DNA of 64,000 bases from Geosiphon pyriformis uo1 (GCA_016748015.1 JAAOMT010000697.1:690868-754867), one strand, 5' to 3'; positions 26,496 through 40,054 are shown, counted from the stretch's first letter. Numbers and translations are program-made. Notes: a model not told the origin generated them from the sequence alone.

Positions 26496-27376
26496 TATTA
26501 CTCATAAAAAGAAAAACAGATATAGGGAGAATAGTAAACCAATAAGTGAATAGTATATAACACATGAGCACATTGCTCAGCAATGTAGAGCAATGATAGA
26601 AATTATGGTACATTGCTCAGTAATATGGAGCAATATCAGAAAATACAGCATATTGCTCAACAATGTAGAGCAATGTTAGAAAATTAGAGCACATTGTTTA
26701 ACAATGTAAGCATTGCTCAAAAAATTATAGCACATCACTCAGGAATGTGAATGATCTTATAGAACATCAATTATGTATATATAGTGGTAGTGTTAGAAAT
26801 AGAAAGATAAAAATCCTTCAGTTAGAAATCTTCCATCCACAAATATTAAATAAATAAATCATTTACTATCCAAATCCACTCTCCACTATCAATACTTTAT
26901 GTTGATAGTAATTGATACCTAATCATGCTGGAACAATAGCTCTTGATTACAGCTATTGATGAGATACTAATGTGCATATCACCTTGGCTCATTTCTTTAT
27001 TTTCTTTTATTTCTTTCTTTGATTTTTACTGTTGTATACTAACTGATTAAGGATTAAAGCATTGAGTAATTGACATCATGGATAGCCTGGTAAAAGATCC
27101 AGAAATAAGGGTAAAATTATATATATATTAATAGATAACTTACCAGAAGGGCATGACTATTAGAATAAACTGGCCACTAAGCTGAAGACAGAAATTGGGA
27201 ACACAACTCACCAACCAACTACATTATCATTAAATCTCTGTCCATTATACAAAGGACTCAACTTTAAAACCTTCAGATACAATTAATGTACCAGTATTAC
27301 CAGCATTGTCAAGATATTGAACACTAAGTTACAGATTTGTTATTTGATTTGAGACTCCAAATAATCATCTTTAACA
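26496..27376 (+). repeat. E3 5' LTR
   Basis: TATTACTCATA...TTTAACA, followed by PBS TTTGGTACTCCCTGTAAGG (27377-27395). Confidence 0.88.
26566..26758 (+). repeat. ~40-bp tandem repeat (about 5 units) with palindromic core CATTGCTCAGCAATG in the E3 U3 region
   Basis: Units begin AGCACATTGCTCA..; located upstream of the TATATA box. Confidence 0.85.
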
Positions 27377-27438
27377 TTTGGTACTCCCTGTAAGGTATAA
27401 TTCTACAGAGAACAGCACCAACCATAATTATTCAAACA

Positions 27439-30400
27439 GTAGCAGAATCTGAAGAAATAGGAACAAACCATTTAGGATTTGCAAAATCTTTATTTCAATA
27501 CTATCACACTCATTTTGAATTAACAAATAATAGTTGGCCAACTGAATCAGCTTTCAATTGCTATGTCAACGAAAGAATAGTATATCACTTAAGAGACCAA
27601 GGAGATCCAGAATTCACCTTCAACAATTTCTTCAGTGAATTATTTCAAAGTACCACTCTTCTACAAAATTACCTATTTGCACTCCTAATTACAGAAATAA
27701 ACAGAGAAATTAAAAAATACACCAAACAGAAATTTCTTATCACTTTGCAGACAAAGACAAAGGAAGGCTACAAACACCAGCAAGAACACCAAAGCAAATC
27801 CAACTACTTACTTGAAAAAAACAAAGATTTGATTTACCTGCTAATCCATCATATTACCACACACCCAAAAGCATTATCAATATAATAAACACAGCTACAA
27901 CAAGTGCAACAATGCCACTAAACAGAATCTCATTCTAAAGTAAACAAAAAAAGACAGAGTTATTAGGAACATATGACAATTATTTTGAGAGATTTAAATC
28001 ACAATTCCCAACATTATTAGGAATTTGATCACCACTACCACAACCAAATTTTGGAGCCATTAGTCTTTGGGAAATAACCAACTCCAAGGAAGAAGAAAGT
28101 AGCAATTGGGAAGTTAATAAGCAAAACCTGATCCTAGAACATTCAGAAATTAAAACTCTGGTTAATCAAACTCTGGAAAATCAGAATAATCAAAATTCTG
28201 ATGTAATTAATCAGCACTTACCTCCAGTAATCATAATTAATCTACTACCAGCTCCACCAAATGCCCAACAGCAACAACAGCCACAACTGCTACCTCAACA
28301 ACAAATTCAGCAGCAACCACAACCCAACTTAGATTCAATGGCATATGCACCAATAGCCAAACTCAAAAAATTCACTGGCAAAGAGAACAACACTCAAATA
28401 TGGCTAAATGATGTGGAAAAAGCCATTGCAGCTAATAAATGGAATGACACTAGAGCCATGCAAGCCATCTCATATTTTTTCCAGAATACTGCCAATTCAT
28501 GGTACCAAAGCCTGGTCAACAAATCCCAAGATTTCAATGCATTCAAAATTGAGTTCTTAAGATACTTCAGCAACAATAACAGTATTAACAGGCTAGCAAA
28601 CACATTCACTACTATCAAACAAAGAGAAAATGAAGCAATTACTACTTATTTAGGACACTTCTACAGGAATCTGCACCAGATCCAAGTTATTAATGCCAAT
28701 TATTTCACAGTGGTCCAGATCTTAAATCAGTTTATTCATGGATTATGCAGTAGCATTTTGTAACACATATGTTCATTGCATCCTATCAATCTGCAAGCAG
28801 CCATCACAAATGCCCAAGATTTTAAAGCCGCTGAACTCGAAGCTAAATACACCCAAGCTATTAACTTAGTAATGAATGGATCATCTGAATTGGATTCCAA
28901 ATTGAAACAATTTAGTAATTCCATCAATCAGAAATTAAAAAAATACTTAGCTGACAATCATGCAATTTATTAACCACCACAATGACACAATAATTCTGGA
29001 AACCCAAATTGTTTCCAGAATCAGTTACATCCATCATTATCAACCAATTAACAGTGACAACAAAAAATGCATGTTTGCCACTATTGTGATAAACAAAGAC
29101 ATCTACAAATCGATTGTTGCCATTGCTTAAATAACCAATAATTGGGAAATTAATATTGAAACCCCAATTACCAGTTTCAAATTCTAAATAACCTACCAAA
29201 CTCAGAGCCATATCATCAGAATTACATACCTATAACACAGCCACTTTATCATCCACCAGTATATCAAGCACCAATTTATCAACTGACAACACTGACAATT
29301 TATTAGCTGCAGTCACAACTCATTTATCAGCTGCAGTCTCAGGTAATTTATTAGCCCCAACAAATTCAAATACTGCCACAGAACTTACCTCAAAACAAAA
29401 CCCAAAGGCTAAGATTAACCCAACAAAGCTGGAGATTGTTAATGGTAATTCATCAACTGATCCCCAGTTCTTCCACATAATCAGCAAGATCTTGACAATA
29501 GAATTTGGGCACTGGGTATGCCCAAAACCTGAATTTTCAGAACTATTTAAGTCTCCTGGTTACCACAAAAGATGCCCAACCCAATAATCCAGAAACCAAC
29601 CAACAACCAACACTTACTAGCAACATTCCGCCAGCTACTATTACTGAAAACGAATCATTGGACACTATCTTCCTGTTTAAACTTGAAGAACCGTCGACCA
29701 CACCATTATTTAATGGAGCCACTCTAAAAGAAAAACCTATTATGGCCATATATACTGATGCCAAAGTTGATGGCCACTCCATCAAACTGATCCTAAACAG
29801 TAGATCAGCTGGCAGCATTATTACAAAACAACTCATAGACCAATTAAGTTACCAAGTTGATTGTGCTGCCAGTGCCAGGATTATAACCACTAATGGAACA
29901 ACAAAAACTCCCATTGGTGAGATCAACAACTTCCCCATCGAAGTCAATAGTATCATGGTCCCAATCAAAGTACTGGTTATGGAAGCCACCCAATACCAAG
30001 CACTTATTGGAAATAATTGGTTATCCAAAACCAATGTGTTATTTGATTGAAATATGCAAAAGCTTCAAATTAGCCAGAATGAACACACACACATATCAGC
30101 CATGTGTGGCTATTTCAAGACCACCAACTTGACAACTCCACTTATCAAATTTGAGGAAGAGGAGAAGAAACCTACCTAAGAAGCCTACCAAGTTTTCTGA
30201 ACTAACACTAAACACAATGAGCTGCTGCCAGTACCTTTGTGGGACAACAACAGCAAAAAAAGCAGAGTGAAGAACTTACCTGAAAAGCCAACCAAGCCTG
30301 GAAAACCAACAATGACCAGAAAGAACAAATAAATTGGTAATGGAAAGAAGACAAAAAAAAAAAGGAAAGGAGAAAAAAGAAAAACCAACAACCAACAGCA

Positions 30401-31427
30401 ACCCCACTTATAATTCCTATACTACACTCCACCAATCCACTTATTGCCACCCAAAACTGGTATGCATTGATTGCAGCAAAAAAATTGTCGTCAATGAGTG
30501 CTTGTTATAACAACAATAAGGAGTACACCTCAGCAACAAAATTCTACTGCTGTTCATGTGTCATTAAATACTTTAGAAAGCCAAAACGGGTTGAGAAATG
30601 GAACAATGAATCATGCTTGGCTTGTGGAGAAACTCTTCTAAATGAAGGAATGTGGAATGACATTCCTGGACAAGGAGAAATGTGCGATGAATCATGTCAA
30701 TACATGATTCTCATAAGTGACTGGGTGAAAAAATGAACATCCATAGACACTGCCTGGAAATGAGCTGTCAAATGTCTGGATAGATGTCTACACAACAATG
30801 ATGAAATCTGGCAAATGGCACTCACCAAAATCAAAGGAGTGATACCAGAAGAGATAAAAACAATTAAAAATAACTCATCTGAACCTATAGAACTTAACTG
30901 AGACCCAGAACCAGTCATAAATTTTTTAGATTCAGAACAATTCCACAAACATTATCAAGAGCTAGCACCTACAAGAGAAGAGCAGAAGCAACACTTAAAA
31001 GAAATCAATACTCAACTATGTGACCACTGTTTGATTCCATGTGACTTTCAATATTGTAATAAGTGTGACCTCATTTACAATCCACCACCATGTATGATTT
31101 ACACAATCCCAGAGGAAAAAGAACCAATCAGCAACTGTATATCTGAATCAGAATCAATTTTCAATTCTGATTCAAACTCTGACAATGACAATGATGAAAA
31201 TAATGATTTCAGCTCTACTCAAAATGGCAATGAAAATATCAGTGATTCAGACTCCAATTCAAACCCCAAAATATATATTGTACTTTCTGATCTATCTAAG
31301 GAGCAGGAACTCAAATGTTATAGTGACAATAATGAAAGTATCATGCCAGAATGTGTGCATGATACCAACACAGGGTTTGATCTGAAATATCTGGAAAAAG
31401 AAGCCATCAAATTGGAACCAAATTTGC
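27439..31427 (+). pseudogene. E3 Gag-PR-Cys-rich domain-dUTPase N-terminal part
   Basis: MAYAPIAKLKKFTG capsid (28338), LILNSRSAGSII protease, CSC/CLACGE, PECVHDTNTGFDLKY. Confidence 0.88.
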
Positions 31428-32405
31428 TGTTACCAGTAGAATTTTAGCTATTAATTAGCATGAAATTACCCTTATAATTCCTATTATTAATTAGTATACA
31501 TTATTATTAATTTGATTATCACTTATTATTTAATCAAATTATCAAATATCATTACTCAATCAATAATCCGATTTGTACTCTAGAAATTAAGATGATCAAA
31601 TTACACAATATCCTGAACTTTTTAACATAGTTAAAATTTGCCGAAATTAATGAAAATTGCCGAAATAATTAATAGTTCAGTGAAATAACTTGTAAATTTG
31701 CCGAAATGTATCTTTAGTTTACCCAAATTATAGCAAAGAGAAAAGTACAAGTTCAAAGACTAGTACTACAACAAGTTGTATAAAAGAAGAGCTTCTCTCT
31801 TCAAGAAAATATATCTTTCCATAGTACCTTACCATAGTATCTTACTTTAGATATCTTAATTGAAACAAATCACCTTTTACAAAATCAAATAAAAATTAAA
31901 TATTTGAAAACCAAATTCTTAAATTATTACACTTGAAATTCCCTTAACACAACTAACGTTTTGAAATTGATTAGCTAACAATTTCAATAAACTGTTAGTG
32001 ACTTCAGGCCTGGATAGAAAACGTTTCCCTTGATAAATTTTATTTCTTTTACATTTTTTTTATTTTTATTTTTATTATTATTTTTCTTATCATAATCATT
32101 AGAGTAGTCTACAGACAAGATTCCTGTAGAAGAGTTGACTTTCACAGCAAAGTAACTACACATTTTTAGTAAACTTCCAGACAAGCAATTCCTGGGAAAG
32201 AGTTGACATTTACTACAACATAACTACATAAAGTAACTGGCAAGGAATTGGCCATTCCACTTATAAGCCCAGCAGTTCAAATTATAGGAGATAATTTGAA
32301 AATAAATTCAGTTATTGGAGGTTCAACTACTTCTAGAAAATGTGAATTTAAAACAAACAGACATTAATAACATTTAAGAAAAAAGACTGAAAACCTCCAG
32401 TAATA
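31428..32405 (+). repeat. Element B 5' LTR
   Basis: TGTTACCAGTAG...CCAGTAATA; colinear with 60364-61336. Confidence 0.94.
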
Positions 32406-32450
32406 TTTGGTGTTCTTCCACAAAAATAACACAGCAACAACAAATTCAAA

Positions 32451-32989
32451 ATGGTGACCACACCAGACATAGCAACTCTAGAGTATTACCAGTCAATTTA
32501 CACCCACTGTAAACAAAGATTCAACATCTCAGATGGAATTGAAGTTGTCAAGAAATCAGTATACCAATACATTGAAAACTGCATTAACAATTATTTTTTT
32601 GGAAACTACAACATTTCAGAAGTTAGAAGCAACCTTTACAATAATTTAGTGCACTATTCACGATTGGAAACAGAAGACCTAAACAGTGAAACACTTGCTA
32701 CCTACTTCCAAGAACTTAATTTTAACATTATTGAGTATTGTGAAGAAAATACCCAGTACAGTCTCAATACTTTATTGACTTTGAATCAGAGACAGAAACA
32801 AGCAACAAAAGCAAACAAAGATTGAAGCAATACTCAAAAACCATGCCAAATACACCAACATTACAAAAGACAACTACCAAACACTTGCAAACACCTAAAC
32901 AAGAAACCAGTGTCAAATTACCACTTTCTATTACCTCATTTCCAATTTCACTTGTTCAACCACAAACACCAAGTTCACCACTTAACTAT
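32451..32989 (+). pseudogene. gag: Element B Gag N-terminal extension, 5' part
   Basis: ATG after a CAA-rich leader; helical domain similar to the family A N-extension; frame continues SPLN|RFSK after E4. Confidence 0.75.
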
Positions 32990-33773
32990 TGTTACTCATA
33001 GAAATATAGGAAATATATTAGCATGATTAGTAGCCAATCAGAAGTAGGCATAGTAAATGTGGAATTCCAGAATTCCTCTCAAAGGAATTGCAGGATTCCA
33101 ATTATTTTAGGATTCCTGTCGTGAAGAATTGAGGAATTGAGGAATCTCAATTATGTATATATAGCAGCAGAATTAGAAGCTAAAAGAAAGGACCTTTTAG
33201 TTTAGATTTAATTTAAGCAACCTTCCAATTCTCAATAAATAATTATTTTATATCTCAATCTACTCTCTATTATCAACATGAAGTGTTGATAGTAATTGAT
33301 ACTTAACCACACTGGAACAATAGCTCTTGATCACGGCTATTGATGAGATACTAACTTACCAAATTGCCTTGGTTTATTTTCATTATCATTATTTTCTTTA
33401 TTTTATTTATTTCTTTCTTTGATTCTGTTGTGCCTACTAATTGATTGAGAATTAAAAGCACTGAGTTATTGACATCATGGATAGCCTGGTAAAAAACCCA
33501 GAAATAAGAGTAGATTTATATATATTATTAGTTAGCTTACCAGAAGGACATGACTGCCAGAATAAATTCGGCCACCAAGCTGAGAAAGAAATTGGGAAAC
33601 AACTGACAACAAATGACAAATTGTTGTACTATCAAATTTCTGTTCATTATACAAAAAACTCCATTAAAACCTTCAGATACAACACTTTCAGAATATCATC
33701 GACGGAAATAGCTTTTGAGCACCAAGTTATGAGTATTATTTGACTCAAGACTCCAAATAATTCAACTGTAATA
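32990..33773 (+). repeat. E4 5' LTR
   Basis: TGTTACTCATAG...CTGTAATA. Confidence 0.92.
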
Positions 33774-33792
33774 TTTGGTGCTCCCTGTGAGG
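33774..33792 (+). other. Primer-binding site of E4, the best preserved copy
   Basis: TTTGGTGCTCCCTGTGAGG, complementary to a tRNA 3' end ..CCUCACAGGGAGCACCA. Confidence 0.85.
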
Positions 33793-33835
33793 TATAATCT
33801 TATAGAAAACCAGCACCGACAACACCAAACCAAAA

Positions 33836-36800
33836 GTGGCAGAATCAGAAATAATAGGGACAAACCATCTAGAATTTGCAAAATTCTTATTTCAACAGTA
33901 CAGCCAGCAGCTAGGCCTAAACAACAACTATTACCCAGCAGAATCAGCTTTCAATTTCTACATCAACAAAAGAATTACAGATTTTCTAGAAAGACCAGTT
34001 GACATTGAATTAGCAAGAGAAAATTTCTATTTGGAACTAATCCAACACACCAACTTACCCAGAAATTACAGCTTTGCACTCATCATCAGAGAAATCAACC
34101 AAAAAATTGAAAGATATACACAAAGGACATTCCCTATTATTTACCAGGACAAAGGCAAAGAAAAACTACAGACACCAGCAGTAACATCCAAAGGAATACA
34201 AATTCCTAATTGGAAAAAACAAAGAATTGAATCTCTGATATACCCATCATACCATCACATGCCTGGAAGTACTATTAACATCACATCAGCAGACGCATCT
34301 ACCAGTACAAAGATGCCGCTAGCAAGAATTGCATTTCAGAGTAAACAAAAGAAAAACAAACTATTAAGAGCATATGGCAATTATTTTGAAAGATTTAAAT
34401 CGAGATCACCAACATCATCAGGATTTTGATCACCACCTCATCAGCCAGATTTCAGAACTGTCAGTCCCTGAGAAATTACTGAATCAGAAGAAGAAGAAGA
34501 CGAGGATCAGGAATTTAATTACCAAAACCCAATCCTAGAAGACCTGAACATTCAAACTCAGCAACATTTAAAAAATTCAGAAATCAAAACTCCAAATATT
34601 CGAGCCCCACCAAATCAAAGAAATCAAAATTTCGAGTTAATTCATCAGCAAAATCTACCTCCAGTTATTGTCATTGATCAACCACTAATTGAGCCGATTG
34701 ATCTAATGGCCTATGCACCAATTGCAAAACTTGACAACTTTACCGGTAAAGAAGATGATGCTCAAGTATAGCTGAATGATGTAGAAAAGGCCATCACAGC
34801 CAATGAATGGAATGATACCTGGGCAATACAAGTCATTCCTTACTTTCTCAAGGATATCGCCAATTCATGGTACTAGAGTTTGATTAATAAACCACAAGAT
34901 TTCAATGCCTTCAAAGTGGAATTCCTAAAATACTTCAGCAACAATAACAGCATCAATTGCCTAGTCAACACATTCACCACTATGAAACAAGGAGAAACTA
35001 AAGCAGTCACCACTTACCTGGGACACTTCCATCAAAATTTGTGCCAAATTCAAGCAATTGACGCCAACTACTTTACAGCACCACAGATCCTCAACCAGTT
35101 TATCTGTGGCCTGTGCAGCAGCATCCTGCAACATGTACATCCGTTGCATCCAAGCACACTTCAAGACGTAGTCACATGCACCAGAGATTTTGAATCCGCT
35201 GAGTTAGAAGCCAACTACACCCAAGCTGTTAATCTAGTAATAAACGGATCATCTGAATTGGATTCCAAATTGGAGAAGTTCAGTGAATCAATTAATAAGA
35301 GATTAGAAGGATACTTAGCTAACAATCACGCCATTTATCAGCCTCTACAATGATGCAATAATCAAGAAAACTCTAATTATGGCCAAAGTCAACCACATCT
35401 ATCTTTATCAACCAATCAACAGTGGCAACAGGAAACGCATATCTACCATTATTGTGGTAAACAAGGACATATTCAAATTAACTGCTGCCAGCATTTAAAT
35501 AACCAACAATCAGAAAATCAATATCGAAACCCTGATCACCGGTTCTTAACTCCAAATCATCAATCAAACTCAACACAATATCAAACTATTTACCTGTCAA
35601 TGATGCAGCAATCAATTTATCAACCACCAGTATATCAAGCTCCAATTTATCAACCAATGGCCCCAATTTATCAGCCACAGCCACAGGTAATATATCAACC
35701 ACAACTGCCAACAATCTATTAACCCCAAACAATTCAGACTCCACCACAGCCAGCAGAGTCCAAAGACCAAGACTCACGCAGCAAAACTAGAGATCATCGA
35801 TAGTAGTTCATCAGCTAATTCCCAGCTCCTTTAGTCAAACAGAATCTCATCAATAGAATTTGGGCCCCGGGAATCCCCAAAACCCGAATTCTCAGAACTA
35901 TTTAAGTCTCCTGATTACCCCAGAAAATGCCTCACCCAGCAACCAGAAACCTACCCAAAAACAATAAACACGTACCAGCAATATTTTGCCAGTAACAGTT
36001 ACCAACGACGAATTACTGGACACCATTTTTCCATTTGAATTCGAAGAACCATTAACCACACCATTATTTAGTGGAGCCACACTGGAAGAAAAGCCAATTA
36101 CTACTATGTACACTGATGCAAAAATTGATGACCATCCCATCAAACTAATTCTTGACAGTGGTTCAGCAGACAGCATCATCACACGACAACTCATGAATCA
36201 ATTAGGTCACCGAGTTGATTGAATTGCTAGCGCCAGAATCATCACAGCTGATAGAGCAACCAAGACTCTAATCGGCAAAATCGATGACTTACCAATCAAA
36301 ATTAACGGCATCATAGTACCAATCAAAGTACTCATTATGGAAGCCACCCAATACCAAGCTCTAGTTGGTAATGACTGGCTGTCCAAGACGAACACCACTC
36401 TGGACTGGAATACACAAGAGCTTCAACTCAGCCAGAACGGGCAACACACACGAGTACCAGCAACATATGGCCACTTCAAGGCTACCAACACCATGGCACC
36501 ACTAATCGACTTTGAGGAAGAAAATACAAAACCTATCTGGGAAGCCTACCAAGTGTTGTGGGCTGACGAAGAGCACAACGAGCTGCCACCAATACTCTTT
36601 TGGGACGACAATGGGAAAGGGAAGCAAACAAACAAACTTACCTGAGAAACTGACAATCTGACTTGGACCAACAACAAACAAAAAGAAGCTTCCAGTTGGG
36701 AATGGAACAAAGATAAAGGAAAAGAAAAAAAAAATGCCACCAACTGCCACCATTTATAATTTCTACACCCACCACATTCCACAACAATCCAATTATCGAT

Positions 36801-37149
36801 GACCAAGGCTTGTATGCATTAATTGCGGCAAGAAACTGTCGTCAATGGGTGCATGCTGTGATAACGATAAGGAATACCACACTACAACAAAGTTTTATTG
36901 TCATCTATGCTTACTCGAATGCTTTGGATAACCAAAAAGGCAAGGAAAATGGGATAACCAATCTTGTCTTGCTTGTAGAAAGACCCTGCTAGATGAAGGG
37001 ATGTGGAACAACATCTCAAGACGTGAAGGAACGTGCAATGCATCGTGTCAATACATGATTCTAATAAGTGACTGGATAAAGAAAGGAACACCAATAGAAG
37101 CAGTCTGGAGAAGAGCCATGCAGCAACTGGACAGTTGTCCACATGATGA
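33836..37149 (+). pseudogene. E4 Gag-PR-Cys-rich domain, 5' part
   Basis: ORFs 33836-34429, 34880-35353, 35986-36222 (LILDSGSADSII), 36337-36645. Confidence 0.88.
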
Positions 37150-37912
37150 TATTACAGGAAATTATTTCTGCTGTTAAAGTAAATAACAAAACCTGTAACT
37201 TGGTGCTCAAAAGCTACTTCCATTGATGAGGTTCTACAAGTGTTGTATCTGAAGGTTTTGATGAAGTCCTTTGTATAATGGACAGAGATTCAATAGTTGT
37301 TTTATCCGTAGCTTTTCAGACTCACAAGTCTGTCAATTTTTTTCTCGGCTTGGTGGCTGGCAATCCTCTGATAAGTAATCTGTATTTTCTGTACATGTCC
37401 TACTCTCTTGCAGAAATCTTTTACTAAGCAATCTTTGACGTCAATAATCAGTGCTTTTCAATCAATTGGTTAGTGCACAATAATAAATAAAAAAAAAATA
37501 AAAAAAAAATAAAGAAAGAAAAGAAATAAGCCAAGGCAATTTGCAGATTAATATCTTATCAATAGCCATAATCAAGAGCTATTGTTCCAGTGTGATTAAG
37601 TATCACTTATTATCAACATGAAGTGTTGATAATGGAGAGTGGATTGAGATATGGAATAATTATTTATTGGATGATTTTGTTTCTAGGCTAAGAATTCTGT
37701 AATATTGATTCTGTCTTTTCTGTTTTTAACACTACCACTATATATACATAATTGGGATCCCTCAATTCCTCGATTCTTTATGACAGGAATCTTGGAATTC
37801 CTGGAATTCTGCGATTTCTTTGAGAAGAATCCTGGAATTTCATATTTAATACGCTTACTTCTGATTGGCTAATAATTATGCTAATATATTTCCTATATTT
37901 TTATGAGTAACA
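37150..37912 (-). repeat. E5 3' LTR
   Basis: Reverse complement of the family A LTR; adjacent PPT. Confidence 0.92.
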
Positions 37913-37925
37913 TTATTTTTTCCTT

Positions 37926-38585
37926 TTAATATTAAGCTCCATCGAAATCTAACTCATGTAATTCCCTCTTTTGAAGTATTTCCTGAATTTTATTTTCAAG
38001 AATTACTTGTGTTATTTGGGTCTGTAATTCTTCAAATTAAGCATTGGTGATTTTTCTCAATTGATTACTGGTAACCATATCTATTGCTTTGTTGAGTAAT
38101 ATTTCTGGTCTATTCTAAAATATTGTGTATATTTGGTATATGGCTTGGGCTTGCGTGGATAAGTTGTTATTTTCCACAAAATGTTCTAATTGTTGTAGTA
38201 TTCTTTTGTCAAATAATCACTTTGTTTTATCCATATATAGATTCTGGATATTTACATATTGTCTCAAGTAAAAATAACAATAGTTTCATGAAAATTGTTG
38301 TATTCACCAATTCCAAGTTTTTTTAGTCAACTCTTGATATAGTGACTCTTTTGTCGATTCTTTTATTGCTAATTTTACTTTCATCATGATTTTGTTCACT
38401 GTATTTTCAGTTTTTTTCAGTGTTTTGAGTTGTAATGTCTTTCTAGTATCTTGATATCGAATAGTTTGTTGATTGATTGTAATCTCCATTTCCTGGTGTT
38501 GGATTAATTGAAAGAGTTGTTGTGCTAGTGTGTGAATGTTGTCTGTAATTTCCATTTTTCTAATATTTCCTGTCACATCTACTAT
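37926..38585 (-). pseudogene. E5 accessory 3' ORF
   Basis: Includes ORF 38304-38576 (IRKMEITDNIHTLAQQLFQLIQ); ends LDFDGA-Y*. Confidence 0.75.
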
Positions 38586-38613
38586 GTCTTTATATATTCT
38601 TTTGATTGGTAAA

Positions 38614-39992
38614 TTTAACCTGTTGTTGTTGATAATAACGATTGGTTCCAGATCTTGTGGAATCTCATCTAGTCAAACTAGTATTCTCTGTACTCCTAAT
38701 TGTGGAATATTACTGGTAAATGGTAGTGTGATGTCGCAATATGGCTTCAGTCGATCTCCATGTGCTGTTTTGGTTAAAATTTTGTTATTCAATCTTAATT
38801 TATAAGCTTCATTTCCTAGAATCTCTTCTATATGAAATGGTCCATCCTATTTGGGGTCAAATTTTTTACTTCATTGTTTTTCCACTTTGGTACAATGTAG
38901 TAATACTTTGTCTCCAATCTTGAATTCAACTGGTTTGTCTGATAGTTGACTATCATGTCTTTCTTTCTGTTTTTCTTGTAACTTTTGAATATTATCAGCT
39001 GCTTTTCTTTGTTTGTTTTCTAATGTTTCCATTAAGTCATATGTTCTTCTCAGCAATGTTTCTTGAAAATTTTTTTCTGTTATTGGTTCAGCTAGATATG
39101 TATTAATTTCTCTCTCTACTGGTAACGTTGCTGTTCTCCTATATACTAATTCAAATGGTGTTGCTTGTGTAGTATCTTGTTTCATTGTCCAATAAGCAAA
39201 TAGTACTGATGGTATGAACAAATCCCAATCGTTCTGGTTTTCTTGGCTGAGCTTAGCTATTGCTTCACACAATATTCTATTGAATCTTTCTACTAATCTG
39301 TTGGTTTGTGGATGGTATGGTAATAATAATAGTCTTTTGATTCTGGATCTTTGGCTCAATTCTCTTAATGTTCTGTTCACAAAATGAGTTCTTTGGTCTG
39401 ATAATAATTTTTTTGGACATCCATGTTGACAAATCAAATCCTGATGAACGAATTTGGCAACGGATTCTGCATCCGCTCTTTGAATTGCTTTTGCCTCTGG
39501 CCATTTAGTGAGATAGTCTATAGTTACCACTATGTATCTGTTTTCTCTGCTGGTGATTGTTAATGGTCTGACTAAATCAATTCCAATATGGTCAAACAGT
39601 TGTCTCACTTTGATTGGTCTTAATGATTCACTGGGTCTTGTTCCTCCTTTTCACTGACAAGCATCACAATTTTGAACATATTAAATGATGTCTGGATACA
39701 TTGATGGCCAATAGTATCTCTTTCTGGTTCTTTTTATGGTTGCTTCTTTGTGAAAATGTTTTGCTGTTGGATTTGAGTGCATGTTGAATAATATTGTCTT
39801 TTTTTCTGGCTCCGTAATTACTCTGGTTGGTTGATCTGGATCCCTTCTATTTTTCTGATAAAGTATATTTTGGTGCATGATAAAATATTTTGATTGTTGT
39901 TTGATACTTTTTTGTTCCATTTGAGATAAATTCTCCTTGAACTGTTGAGTGTTTATATAATATTGCAATTGTTGATATTTTTGTATGTTCAT
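38614..39992 (-). pseudogene. int: E5 integrase
   Basis: ORFs 39681-39992 and 38871-39608: HSNPTAKHF, GIDLV, LSDQRTHF, LVERFNR. Confidence 0.92.
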
Positions 39993-40054
39993 CTTTTGTT
40001 GTATTTTCCATTGATATTGTTCTGGTTTTGTTATATTTTTGGGTTGAAATGTTC

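Noticed and set aside
26566-26758. Palindromic ~40-bp repeats resembling a CRISPR array
   Set aside because: No unique spacers and no cas genes; the array lies inside an LTR U3 region
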